Assembly: GCA_050273025.1 (NCBI GenBank)
Contig: CP158635.1
Location: 33,418,001 to 33,482,000, forward strand
DNA: 64,000 nucleotides
Reading direction: 5' to 3'
From: Cenococcum geophilum
Lineage: Eukaryota
The position numbers and the translations under genes are program-made. Shown piece after piece: positions 52,418-64,000 of the stretch. Within the stretch, counting starts at the first letter, position 1. Each line of letters starts with the position of its first letter. The notes beneath the pieces were generated by a model. It saw only the letters and a list, made by a program, of their open reading frames with translations. It did no database searches and was not told the origin of the DNA.

Positions 52418-54435
52418 ATTTAGGATTCACTAATTCCGGAATAAGAAAAGGTTTAGGAAAAATTCTTAACTAACCTAGATTTCTATTTAAAGCGTACCTT
52501 CCCGTCCTTATACTAACTTAATTATGTCCGCAAAAACCTCTATCTAATTAGCGCGGAGATTAGGCTCTAATACTGCGTATATAAAACAATTAAGAACTAT
52601 ATATAGAGCTTAGTTAAGGAAATATATAAAGATAAGCAGCTGTGGGAAGTGCTTAGGCTTTAGGGAAAGGTGGTGTTTAAAAGTTATATAAATATAGGAG
52701 AGCTAAGCGGGATACTAATTGAGGAGGAAATAGAGTAAATGTTAATTAGTAGACCCACTACGCTAAACCAGATAATGGGGACGGCGTAAGGCAAAGGGTA
52801 GAAAGTAGAAAAGGGTAGGGGAAAAGCTAAGTAGAATATTTTAAGGAGCAGAAATTAAATAAAAGGTAGACTAGTAGACTAGTTCTGTATATACGAGCAG
52901 TTAGGCAGTAAAAAGACTACTATTATATTGATTAAATATAAGGCGCTATATAAGTTCTCCTTAGATAATATAGTAGCTGGGCTAGGTAGGGAGATTTAAC
53001 CAGTTAAAGATATAATTAATAAAAGGCAAGAGCTTTAAATTTAATTTAAAATGGCTAGTAGCAGTAGTAGTAATTACGCAGCTCTTCTTAGATATAATCC
53101 GTAAAGGTATTTAATAGGGTTATATCTTTATAGAAGAAGCTATTATTTTCCTATATATTTTAGATAACCCTTTAATTGTTTACTACTATCTCTTAATCCT
53201 AAAGCTAGATTATTGAGAAGACGATAAAAATAAACTGTATATAATGGCGGTTCCGGAGGATTTTGCCTTTATTATTTATATAGCTAGGGCTAAGGCGCCT
53301 AGTTAGTTATGGTATAATAAAGTAAAGAAGTTACCCATTTGGCCTATAGAGCGTGTTAATATTCTATAAACCAACTCCGAAGAAAAAGAAGAAAAAGGTT
53401 AGCTATAGCGCGTATAGGTCTAAGCGCGAAAATGGGTTTCTATAATCGCTAATTGTATTATGGTCTTGCGGTAAAGCAACCTATAATAATAAAGATGTTA
53501 GTGGTGATAATAAAAGGCATAATAAGGGAGATGACTTTACCCTAGACTTACCACTCCCGCGTTAGGGTAGTAGTTGAGGTATAGCTAAAAACTAAGCGGC
53601 GACTGTAAAAGAATAAAAAGTAGGTAGAAGAACTAAGAAAGGTACGGCTAGTAGTAAGAAGCTAGCGGAACTAATATCTAGGTTAAGGATTAAGGAGCGA
53701 CTATACTATATGTAGCGGTGTCTACTTAAACTAGTATATAGTGGTGTAATAGATAAGTAGTGCTATAACTTTTAGGATTATAATAGGAAGCATATTAACT
53801 AAAGGACATTTCTCCGCCTTATTTAGTAATAGCTTAGTATAGACTATAGGAGTAATGCGGACTGTAAGCTACTATATACTAAAGAAGCCCGCGGAGTACT
53901 TTTTAAAGTTAGGCTATTATCGTATAGATATACTCTAGTCGCGAAAGGGATAGTAAAACCTAATCTTGGCCACCTCTAGTATAAACGGCGTATCTATAAT
54001 TACGTTTATCCCACCTAAGGGAAATTCGTCCCTGTTTATATTGGATCCGTTATACTAAAGCTCCTATACTACTATAACGGTAGGGTTTATATTAGTATAC
54101 TCTTCCTTAGCTAGGCTAGGCGGCTACTTTTTAACTTTCTTACGGGGGAGAATAAAAGGTACTTTATAGACAAATCAGCTACGGTTTTGCGGGCTTTATA
54201 TAACCTATAGGTACTATAAAAGGATCCTAAACTATGGAATATTCTATAGGACGAGTATAGTTAGCGTCTTAGTTTTATAGATTTTAAGCGAGCGGAGATC
54301 CGTACTAGGTAGCCGTTGGGTATTCCGCCTAATCGGAAGAAAAAGTAAAGGGAGGGGAAGTATAATATGGAGGACGATTTCGGTCTTAAATTATAGTAAG
54401 CTAAGCAGTGCATTTCTAGATAGTTAAGATTGAGT
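52418..54435 (+). pseudogene. spok: Spok-family (spore-killer meiotic-drive) homologue, RIP-inactivated and lacking the canonical N-terminus
   Basis: De-RIPed FPSLHQLDYV...LGLQGKVVFESHTN, then ADQFCIY...IEYKAPHK...TQLFSDMI..GYIFTGEAIIFLHI..DPSIVYY (nuclease-like domain). A Cys cluster RPYCTQRCLLGL follows, then the kinase GARGALFKVRL.SHGYTLVAKG...QGKFVPVCIG...LSWAG...DxEPRNILW...VDFERA. Confidence 0.85.
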
Positions 54436-54540
54436 GGCCTATCTAGTAGTTTAATAAGTACTTTAGTACTAATTAGCTTTACTAAATACTAAATATTGAT
54501 TAAAGTATTATGCCCCTATTTATCCTTATAAATAGTCTAA

Positions 54541-54650
54541 AATCAACTTCTTTTAGTATGTTAATATGCCGAAATTTCCCCTAGTATATCGATATGCTAA
54601 AACTAACGTCTTTTAGTATGTTAATATGCTAAAATCAACTTTCTAGTATT
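54541..54650. repeat. Three tandem palindrome copies (about 30-bp period)
   Basis: Copies at 54551-54574, 54579-54602 and 54611-54634. Confidence 0.85.
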
Positions 54651-55111
54651 TTGGCAGAACGCGGCAATATAGCAAGTGATATACTCTATTACTATTATAA
54701 TACTACTTTATGGCACTGTTATAGACCCTAGCTAGGGGCTTAGCTAGAGCCTTAGCGTATATATATAGATATTTTTTTTCCTTAACCTTCTTCTAGTCCT
54801 TAGTTTTAGATCCTTATTAATAGACTACTAGTTATATAGGCTGTGCGTATACCATATTGTACTAGTGCCTTAGTTAACTATATCCATAATAGTAGCAAAT
54901 TTTATTACTTTATTTATATATAATTAAGGCGCACTATTTTAAGTAATATTAATTAATAAATATATGCTCTTTACTATATTGAACTCTATTATTTAGGGTA
55001 TATATCTATAATATAAGCACCCTATAATAATACTATAGCGGATATAATATACTATAAAAAGCCTCTAAATCCCTTAGCTCCTTAATTCTAAATAGACACT
55101 AGCCAGATGCT

Positions 55112-57764
55112 TAAAGGGAAAGTAATATTTTAGCAATCCCCTCTATAGCTTATTTAACGCCTAAATTAAAAGCTTATTTAATGATTTTAATATAGCGGTT
55201 AAAGCAGATATTTTTAGTTCCCTCTTTCGCACTTTCGTAGTTATTAATATAGTCATTGCCAGCGAATTCCCTTATAAGCTCGGTGAGATAAAAGAATAAT
55301 AATAAATCCTTTAGCGTATTTAAAGAAGCGTAAGCCTTAAGCCGCTATGTTTTTTAGTTAAAATTACCTAACTGCATAATAACTTCCCTCTTTACACTCC
55401 TTACTAAGTTAATACCCGCGTTAGGGTTTATAATAGTTATAAGGTTCTCTTTAATGTCTCTAATACTAACTCTACTTAGTAGGTTAATGGTATAGAGCTA
55501 GAAGATAGATTCGCAATTATAGATTAGTCGATGTGTAGATAGTATAGAAGATTTGCTTAATAATAAAGTAGCTATAAAAGTAACTGTGCTAGTTCTATCC
55601 TATACTCCTATACCTTAATCGTTAATAGATACCGCTATATCTAAGTCGCAAACCTTTAGCTTGTGTTAATTATCGATCCTAATATTTGTAAATAAAATAT
55701 CCCTATAGACTATACCCCTCTTAGCCATTACTTTAATAGCTAAAAAGGCCTATTGCTAGATTAAGGATATTGTTAGCAAGGAATTTAATAAAGAAATAGT
55801 ATTATTAAAGGACGAGCTGACCTAAGTAGTAACAATATCTCTATATTCCCTATTATCGCAGTCCTACTATAATCTACCTTTAAGTTGTCTTAGATCGTAT
55901 AGTAAAGCCGTTAGATCTTTTAAGATAGAAGTTACACTCCTAGTATACTGGGTAAAGTTAGGTCTCTAAACCTTAGCCCTATTATAAAAAGTTTTAAAAA
56001 AGGTTATTAGTTGCCTAGAAGAACACTATCGCCTAAAAACTATAGTGTTATTCTTATTCTTAACCTTAATAACACCGTAGGCAAGCAACTTTACTATATT
56101 AGGCTGGTTTTAGAGGCTTAAGAGGTAGTGCCCTTTATATTTCCAAAGCTCTTAAGGCTAGCTACTCTTATAGCACTAGTCCTAGCCTATTTTTTCCTTT
56201 TCTTTAGGGTTAACGAGTTTTGCTTTAAAGGCTATAGTTATATAACTAATAAGATAATCTCTAGGTAGCCCTACCTCCTGATCGTTAATATATAGTTATT
56301 AACCATCTATAGTAACTACTTGAAATAGTTTATTATCTAGATTATATTTATAAAATAGCGCCTCCTTCCCGGCAGGGTATCTAAGCCTACTAGGTTTATA
56401 ATAAAATGCTCTAAGCAGGTATTAGATAAACTTAGCCGTATCTATCTAAATATTTAGTAGCTTACTTACTATAAGACCTAACCGATTAAAATATAAAAGC
56501 TGTATTATTAATCTATAGTGTAGAAAACAGTAAACGTATCTTTGGCTCTATTAATAGCGAAGCGCCTTAGTAGCTTTTAAAGCACAGTTAAGATATACCT
56601 TAGCATTCTTTAGATCTTAGGAATTGCGTTTATATTTCTAAAGTATATTAAGGCATTCCTAAACTAGCTCTCTGTACTCCACTATAGGGAAATACTTATT
56701 ATCTATCGGCGCGGGTTTCCAGCTATTAGGAGGGGGCAATATCGTTTACGGCTTAGCGAGTTGGATAAATTTTAATTAAGTTTCGCGAGGTTGCTGCGAT
56801 TTTGCATTTTTAATAACTATAGTTATAAGATCTGGCTTTAACTCCTTCTGCCTCGCTATACTGCCGTAATTCCCTTTTAGCTATCTTACTTCGGTATTCT
56901 AAGTCTTTATTAGGGAATTTCCCTAGTAAGATATTCTAATATAACCCTAACGGGGATTGTTGGCTTTAGGTTTTCTAAAGTACTTCCCTAGGCCGTCTAA
57001 ATTCGTAATACATTATATAACTACCTTAAATTCCTCCTTGTTTAAGTTAGAAGACGATTTATATATAGATAAATTACTCTTCTTTCTACCTATATAGCTT
57101 CCTATAAAGGTTTTCCACTCGTCCTTCTCGCGAAGATTATCTACGTGCTTCTATGTAACTTTTGGAATATCTTCTATAAATGTATCTAATAGCGTCGACG
57201 AGATATAGGACCGGTGGGCAAGGTTAGCGGCTATAGAAAACCGGCGAAGCTCGGCATTGTTGCTAATTAATAAGCCACTTACTATATTAAATGGCGTCAA
57301 GTGAGGAGGTAATGTAATTGTATTTTTCGTTAGTGTAGCCTATATATTTAGCTACGTTTTTAAAGCGGTAGGGCATTCTTATAGATATAGTTGGATTGAT
57401 AATATTGCCCTCCTCCCTAATACTGCCATGCGGATCCACAGAGGTCTCTCCCGTAAATTGTTTATTGGTATATTAATTAAGATTGCTAATATTGCCTATA
57501 AGGGGCTCTTTTAGAGATAGCTTATTCCTAAGGGGCTTTTCTATAGGTGGCTTATCCGTATATTGGCTAAGAAGTAAGTTTAGTAAGTTATACGAAACAT
57601 TTAACTACTCAGCAGATGCTAGAGTGGCTTTTAGTTATAGCCTAAGTGGTAGGGTCGTCGTTGTTAGTATTGCTTACGATATATACTATTAGTAGAAACT
57701 AGTTAAACTCTTAGTTCTCTTCTTATACCTTAATTGGTCGTGATTTCGGCCTTTATATTTCTAT
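55112..57764 (-). pseudogene. FunK1 (fungal-type) protein kinase
   Basis: De-RIPed LYFDRSGL...DTAKFI, then PNVVKLLAYG, RGIVHRDISFTNIRID..KVCDLDMA..RTGTVTFMA..H..IYDCESIFW. Confidence 0.8.
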
Positions 57765-60241
57765 ACTCCGGTTAGTATATTAAACGTATAAGAGTGTTTT
57801 TATTATATTCTTACCTTTGCTAGTTTCTACTGTGGTATAATAAGTCTATATAGAAGAGCTTATAGTAACTAATAGCGATATAAGGTTAATTATCGCGCTA
57901 CTTTGTTTTATAGTGATAGGATGCGTTACTTAGTAAACTAACTGACCTTTTGCTAAGTAATAAGCGAATTTCCTATATAAAACTACGGTAAGTAAGGTAT
58001 GCGCGCCGTGCAATAAGCAGCCTAGTAATTAGTGCAGCTATAGACCTGTATTGCTTTGTTAGACGTCCTACCTTAATATTTAAAAGGTATTACGTCCTTT
58101 TAGCGTAACCCTCTGTGTTATATATGGCGGCTACTATACCGGTATAAATGTCGCGTAATATCTTGTACGGTTATATTCTAGTAAAGCTAGCTAGGTTAGG
58201 GAAATTTTAGACTTTATTAAAAGTATAGGTCTAATCGCACTCTACTCTAGTAATGTACTAAAGCCCGCGTATAGAGGAAGCCGCCCTATTAGCGGTCTCC
58301 CTATTTATAATAGCTACCGCTATAACTAATAGATAATATATAGATATTCCACGGAGGATTTACTTAAGGTCTATAAGTATATTAAATAAATGCTATTTTA
58401 TAAAGATACTAAGCTAAGGAAAATAAGAAAATAAATCTAGGGGAAAATATAAGTAAACAGCTAAGGCACTGCTAAGGCGCTAAGTTTGGTATGTTAATAT
58501 ACCGAAATTAACTTTTATGCCTCTATACTAAGCAGCATGCCAAGCTACTAGGTCTCTTAGTTTAACTTTTTTATCTATATATCTGGTATAGTCAGGCTTT
58601 AGAAAAAGGCTGTTAATACTAGCACTAGGCTTAGCTAGTATAGTAGTAGGGACGCTAGGAGATAGGAGGCTTTTTAGGGCCTGGTATACGTATCCTATAT
58701 ATTAATTTAATAGGTTATAGAGCTAAAGCGTTATATATTGCTTGTCTTCTATATAAATAGTAAATAAGGTTTTTCCTTTAGCGCTAAGCTTTATTATATA
58801 ATGTCGCTATAAGCTTATTTGCTAATATTCTACTTAGGGGCCATTTAGTTATAACTTTATATTCAATATAGAGGCTCTATATTTAACCGAAATGGAGCTC
58901 AAATCTAAATATAAGGTGGTTGTTCGGTAAATCTAACGACTTTTAAATATGGAGCTCCTCTATATCGGTAAGCGCGTCAAGTTTATAGGCTATACTATAT
59001 ACGGTAGTTAAAATGAGGTTCTTGGCACCGTTTTAATAATATTAGTGATTTAGTTAATTGAGGCATGAGTATGGCAAAAGGGTCGCGCAAGCCTATACGA
59101 TTAGATTGTTTATAAACGAGGATCTAAAGCTAGAGAAAGGAAAAGGGAAGAAGGGTAGTACCGCTTAAGGTTTTATGCAATTACCTAGTTATATAACTAC
59201 GACTGTCTAAAATAGTAAGATACTGTCTGCGATTATCCGCCACAATCCACCACTATAATTTACTGTTTTTTACTAGCGCCGTAATAAATAAGTTGCCTTT
59301 AAGCCTTTGTTTTATATTCTATATTAATCTAAAGCTCTTATAATACGTTAAAGTAACGACTCCAAATACCCGGATTGTAATACTACTGTCGCATTTATAT
59401 ACCTTATATAATATTATTATTCTAACCTTTGTGATTATAATAAGCTTGTTTTTAGGGCGTTGTAGGCGTTATAGGCATTGCTATAGTTCTACTACGGCTC
59501 TTATAGGAGGTAGGTAAAGGTATAGAAAGCGTTAATTGCAAAGAGGGCGTTAGCCGAGGAGGAGGCTCTATTACTACACTAAAGTAGGGAGTCGCGATAG
59601 AGGCCTGGTGGCAAAGAGGAGCTTACTTAAATCGCTTGCTAATATTAATTACGCATTATATAAAGCTAAATCTAAAGCGTTATATAGAAGCTTACTAAAC
59701 GATTGACTTAATTATAGATTTAATAAGCTACGGTAGTAGCCGCCACTAATTATAAAACGGGTAATACTAAAATATATATAGATTGAACAAATAATATGGA
59801 GCCGATTTGCAACTAAATATACCCTTAAGTAAAAGAATATATTTTTAAATATAAGTCCAACTCTATATAAATAAAACCTCCGTAAAGTTTCTAACTTAGG
59901 TTAGTTGTTTAGTGTTCAATCTAACCGATCTAGATTAGATGGCTTGGTCCTTAGTTTAATTAACTAGGTCCTTTATCCTCTAAATAGTATCCTATTTATT
60001 TCTACTTATATTATAGCTAAACTTAACCTCGCGCACTTTCTTATTCTTTTAATCTTTATTTTTAATACTACTTATATTATATATAACCTTTATATCTCTT
60101 TCTACCTTATTTTTCCCGTCCCTCTTTCCAAACCTTAACCCCCTCCTTATTAACGCAGCTTTTGCTACTTCTCTTTTTTCCTTACCTTTTATTTCCCCTT
60201 CTTCTCGCTTCCTTGTTAGTGGGTTTCCTTCCTATTAGTTA

Positions 60242-62350
60242 ATATAACTTATATCCTAGTAAACTCCAACATTTAGGTCCGCTCTATACTACTATTAGCA
60301 CTTAAACTACTTAATCTCCGCCTTAATAAACTTACTTCTAATACCATCCGTCCTTAGTCTTCTCCCCTCTATAGTCGCATCCGCTAACTTCCGGTAATAG
60401 TCCGTCTTTATATACCTACAATTTAAGAACTATATTGCTATTCTTTAGCTTAACCTTAAAAAACTACAAGGATTTAGTTGTAGTATCCGTTACACATAAC
60501 GTCCGACTTTGCGCCTTTAGAAAGTTCCCTTAGAATATCTAGTATATTATATCTATAGCGTTGTGCCTTAGGACCTTATTACCTGTCGTTTTGTTATAAA
60601 AGTAACCGGCGGACACGACCGAAGCTACCGTAGCTATTACCCCGATTACCGTAAAAGGCCGCATTTCTGCTAAAAGCGTATTTGTTAATTAATACTGTTA
60701 TAGCTAATATACGTAGTATATGGTACTACACACCCTAAAGTAGTTGCTGTAAACGTATTATAGGATAGGTGGTAACTCTAATAAAGACTTGCGGATAAAA
60801 TAGTGTATATCTTTAGCATATATCTTCTTTATTGGCCTATATTTTCCTTATCTTTTATACTTTAATATATTAGCGGCTATGTCTACTAATCTGATATAGG
60901 AATTAGCATTACTTGTCTGAACTTCCTTTAAACTATTATATTTTATTAATATAACTAATCCCTTTACTCCTAATATACCTTATAAGAATACGCTATACTA
61001 AACATAATATGGAATACTGGTGATATTGCTATAGTACCCTTAAAAAAGCTAAGCCATTATATTACCCTAACGGATTAATCTCTAACCGCCTATCCCTTAA
61101 TATGGTAGGGCCCTTTGCTAAGGCCGCTTATATTTATAACTGGATTTAGTTAGATATTTATATTAACTAGCTGTTCTAATTAGTTAATTCTTATTAATAA
61201 CCTAAGAAAATTGTCGTGTTAAGGGATATATTAAAATATGCCTATTATAGTAGTGCATTATATAACATAGTTGGAGACTTTATACATTATCCCTGTATAT
61301 TTATAACCGCTATATATATCCAGCTGTTTAACTTATCCCCTTACTTTAAGGGTATATGTTTTAGGCCTATTAGCAACGGAAGATAAAGGTTAAAGTTCGG
61401 CGCCATTATATATGTAATGCTGCCGTGCCGTATAACGCCTTTAGTTAAGTAGTAGGATTATAGCGCTTTGTATTAATGAAATAGGTAATAGGGCTATTGT
61501 AGGCGTAGCTGTTTTGCCGCTTTCTACGTAGCGATATAGGTTAGGCGCAGCCTATACTGCTATATATATTATATGTCTATTTAACTTAAACTTTACTGCC
61601 ATATTTTAGTATCTCTTTAATAGTATTAGAAAGATATAAAGCTTTATTCTTATTCCTTATTAATTATACCTTATAAAGTCTATATAAATATAGCTTCCTC
61701 TTTGTCTTCTTAATAATATAAAGCCAACTACTATTTTACTCTATGCTCTCGCGGCTAGGAATACCGTAATTGCAGTAGCAGACTAACCGTAACCGAAAAA
61801 ATTGCCTCCTAAGTATATTCTTGCACCTAGGGACCCGCAGGAAATTAATAGCCACTTGCTGGCCAGTATAGAGAAGCGTGACGTTTATATGGCCTGTGTA
61901 AGTTAAGTTTATATTAGCTCTTATTCCTTTAGTTTAACGGCTATAGGTTTACTATATAGCGATATATATAGCTAGATACGGTCTTCTTAGTTTTGTTTAT
62001 AAGCAGATAGTTATTATTAAGGACTTTTTTACTAGGTTCTCGCTATAAGTATACGCCCTAGTTAAAAGTCTCTATACCAATCTATTCGTTCGCGTTTAAT
62101 AGATATTTAGCTGCGGCATATAATGTGTATCCTCTTTAGTCTATACTACTAGAAATAGTGTAACGCTAAGTGAGTTAACTTAGATATTTAACTACTATTA
62201 AGATTACGGGCTGGTTAATTATCATGATTGCGAAAATATCTAGTGCGATATTTAAGATAACCGGCCCGATAGTACTAATTTAGTATATAAACCTATAGGA
62301 TATAGGCCATGCGATATGATGGCGTATATATACCGTGTATAAAATAAGAG
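60242..62350 (+). pseudogene. Possible F-box-like hypothetical protein
   Basis: A CT-rich leader, a weak F-box-like segment (FxKFPxxIxxII..LxTCRFV) near 60510-60600, and intron-like signals. Boundaries are uncertain. Confidence 0.3.
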
Positions 62351-62520
62351 GAATATCTTATGGGAGTGGAGTGGCTTAATTAGAGGGGCTTAGCGAAAGG
62401 GTAACGTAGTAATGTGGTATGTTATTACGGCACGGGTTCTAATGGTATTATTACTTAAATGTAACCACTTTAGAAATATACAAACCCCGTTTTAATTCAT
62501 TGTCGTTATTAAAGGTAAAA

Positions 62521-63724
62521 ATGAGTTTATAGTCTAGGTTTTAACTTAATAGCCCTACCTATATTAATTAGCTGCGTATTATAGATGAATTTCTTATCGC
62601 TTTTATATTAGGTGGTCTTGTTATAATTCTTAATACTAAGTATTAATATACTGCGCTTATACTGTCCGAAGGAGAATGTCCGTATAAGCAGGTTATATAG
62701 GCTAGAAGGCTGTAGGACATTACATGTTATAATAAAGTTATAGCTACGGCTAATAATAATGGCATTGTGCGGCTTTAGAGCCTTAAATCTAGGTAACTCC
62801 TTAACCCTTCCTTCTTTGCGGATGGTTATACGTACTAAAGAGTAGGCTAGTTTATAGGTATATAGTTTTACTAAATATACCGAAGCTATACGGTATGTAC
62901 TATTTACCGGTAATTTAACCGTAGTGTTTGGCTCTAAGGATATAGCATTACAGGTTTAGGATACTAGCTCCGGCGCGTATATGCGTACGCTTAATGGGTA
63001 TACTAATACTATCTTATGCCTTACTTTACGCGATAACTTACTTATAAGCGGTTCTAATAATACTACCGTAAAGATATAGGATCTTCCCTCTAGCTAATGT
63101 TTATACGTTTTATAAAACCACCCTAGCTATATAACCGTGCTTGGGTTTAATAAAGACTATACCCTACTAGCGATAGGTAGCGGTAGAGGGGTTATAAAAA
63201 TCTAGAGGATTGGTAATAGGTTAGTAGGCCCTAGCTACTAGCTCTAATTTAATAGTATACTGCTAACTAGGAAACTAATAAAGGATATATATTATAACCT
63301 GCAAAGGTTATATAAAAGTCGCTACGCAACTTATAAATTTCTATAGAAATTTGGTTTCTTTTGGAGCGGATAGGACTATTTAAACCTAGGACTAGCAAAA
63401 TGAAAAACTTATCTATACTCTAGAGGCTTATAATTAGGCTATATAGGGGCTGGTTTAGGCTAAAGACTACCTTATATTGGGAGGAATAGATAGTAGACTA
63501 TAAGTTTAGGATTATATAAACGACTAGGCGCTCTTTAAGCTAAGGGATTAGGTAAATGCAGTTTAGTAGCTTATAAGCGGATAGGACAAACTTATAGTAG
63601 CCTTACTAGTTGGTAATAGGAAGCACCTAGTCGAGCTTTAGACTTTACTAGATATAAAAGATAGGCGTACTAAGGAAGTAGCTAGAGAAGAAGAGGTTAT
63701 ATAAATTGGTAATGTAACCTTATA
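62521..63724 (+). pseudogene. WD40-repeat protein
   Basis: De-RIPed ATADDDGIVRLW, HTEAIRHV..VVSGSKDxALQVWD, LDGHTDAILCL..LLVSGSDDTTVKIWDL and LAxGSGGGVIKIW. Confidence 0.85.
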
Positions 63725-64000
63725 GGAGGGCTCTTAAACTGTCCGCGAACTACTTCTTACTATGCGGCGCGTTTGACCTGCAACGTTAACGAGAAAAAGG
63801 AGTAGCCTCCCCTCTATAATAGTGTCGCCGTTATAATACTGCTTCTACTTATAGGCCCTAGTAGAGGCGCGCGTTAGCTATAAATATACTACTTCTTAAA
63901 CTTTTTCTACTTTAGCTTATATACTAAAGACGTATTTAGGCCTCTTGGCACGCCTAAGGGCGAGAATGCTCTGCGCGGTAGCGCGTAGTTAGGCATTATT

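Larger units (their letters stand above)
4461..58507. promoter_or_regulatory. Dispersed 24-bp palindrome family TTTCGGCATG-N4-CATGCCGAAA (about 40 copies; the span covers the first to last copy)
   Basis: Copies start at 4461, 9442, 10217, 10277, 11578, 11610, 12024, 12084, 15063+60n (x8), 16619, 18478, 24637, 26375, 27381, 27678, 29254, 29356, 30370, 30631, 32712, 34648, 34956, 37984, 38081, 41377, 45118, 45167, 49924, 50116, 50383, 54551, 54579, 54611 and 58484. The regulatory role is inferred. Confidence 0.75.
1..64000. other. RIP-degenerated AT-rich accessory block (probable relic of a giant mobile element or duplicated segment)
   Basis: Pervasive TA/TAG/TAA excess with scarce CA/TG. Reading frames are recoverable only by reverting C>T and G>A transitions. 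The longest ORF in the track is only 143 aa. Confidence 0.9.

Noticed and set aside
59890..61900. Possible DNA transposon insertion
   Set aside because: No TIRs, TSD or DDE motifs were found on either strand.
1..64000. Alternative genetic code (TAA/TAG read-through) or organellar/viral DNA
   Set aside because: Stops replace both Gln and Trp codons, are accompanied by genome-wide C>T and G>A missense changes, and differ between paralogues. This is the RIP signature. Spliceosomal introns are also present.
1..64000. Starship captain (DUF3435 tyrosine recombinase) or element boundary
   Set aside because: No recognisable captain motifs were seen, so Starship identity remains an inference.

Overview
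Fungal (ascomycete-type) DNA that has been heavily mutated by repeat-induced point mutation (RIP) along its whole length. TpA is visibly in large excess, CpA/TpG are depleted, and Gln/Trp codons have become TAA/TAG, so no intact gene survives and none of the supplied ORFs is an intact gene. Reading through the RIP changes by eye recovers about 25 pseudogenes that look like cargo of a giant accessory or mobile block (Starship-like; no captain recombinase is seen in this window). They include a Spok meiotic-drive homologue, a FunK1 kinase, a Crinkler-like SAM/NTPase/nuclease gene, and DUF3505 and RecQ-helicase fragments. There is also a set of chromatin or protein-modifying enzymes (two JmjC+Cys-cluster genes, an Hst4-like sirtuin, a GNAT acetyltransferase, a USP-like protease), a WD40 gene, and two locally amplified families of unknown function. 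A 5'-truncated Tad-like LINE with a nested solo LTR and a pogo fragment are also present. The most striking unexplained signal is a 24-bp palindrome, de-RIPed consensus TTTCGGCATG-N4-CATGCCGAAA, in about 40 copies. It is almost always intergenic, usually about 40-200 bp upstream of cargo genes, and is also amplified into tandem arrays. All protein calls come from manual translation and motif recognition, not from database searches, and gene boundaries are approximate.
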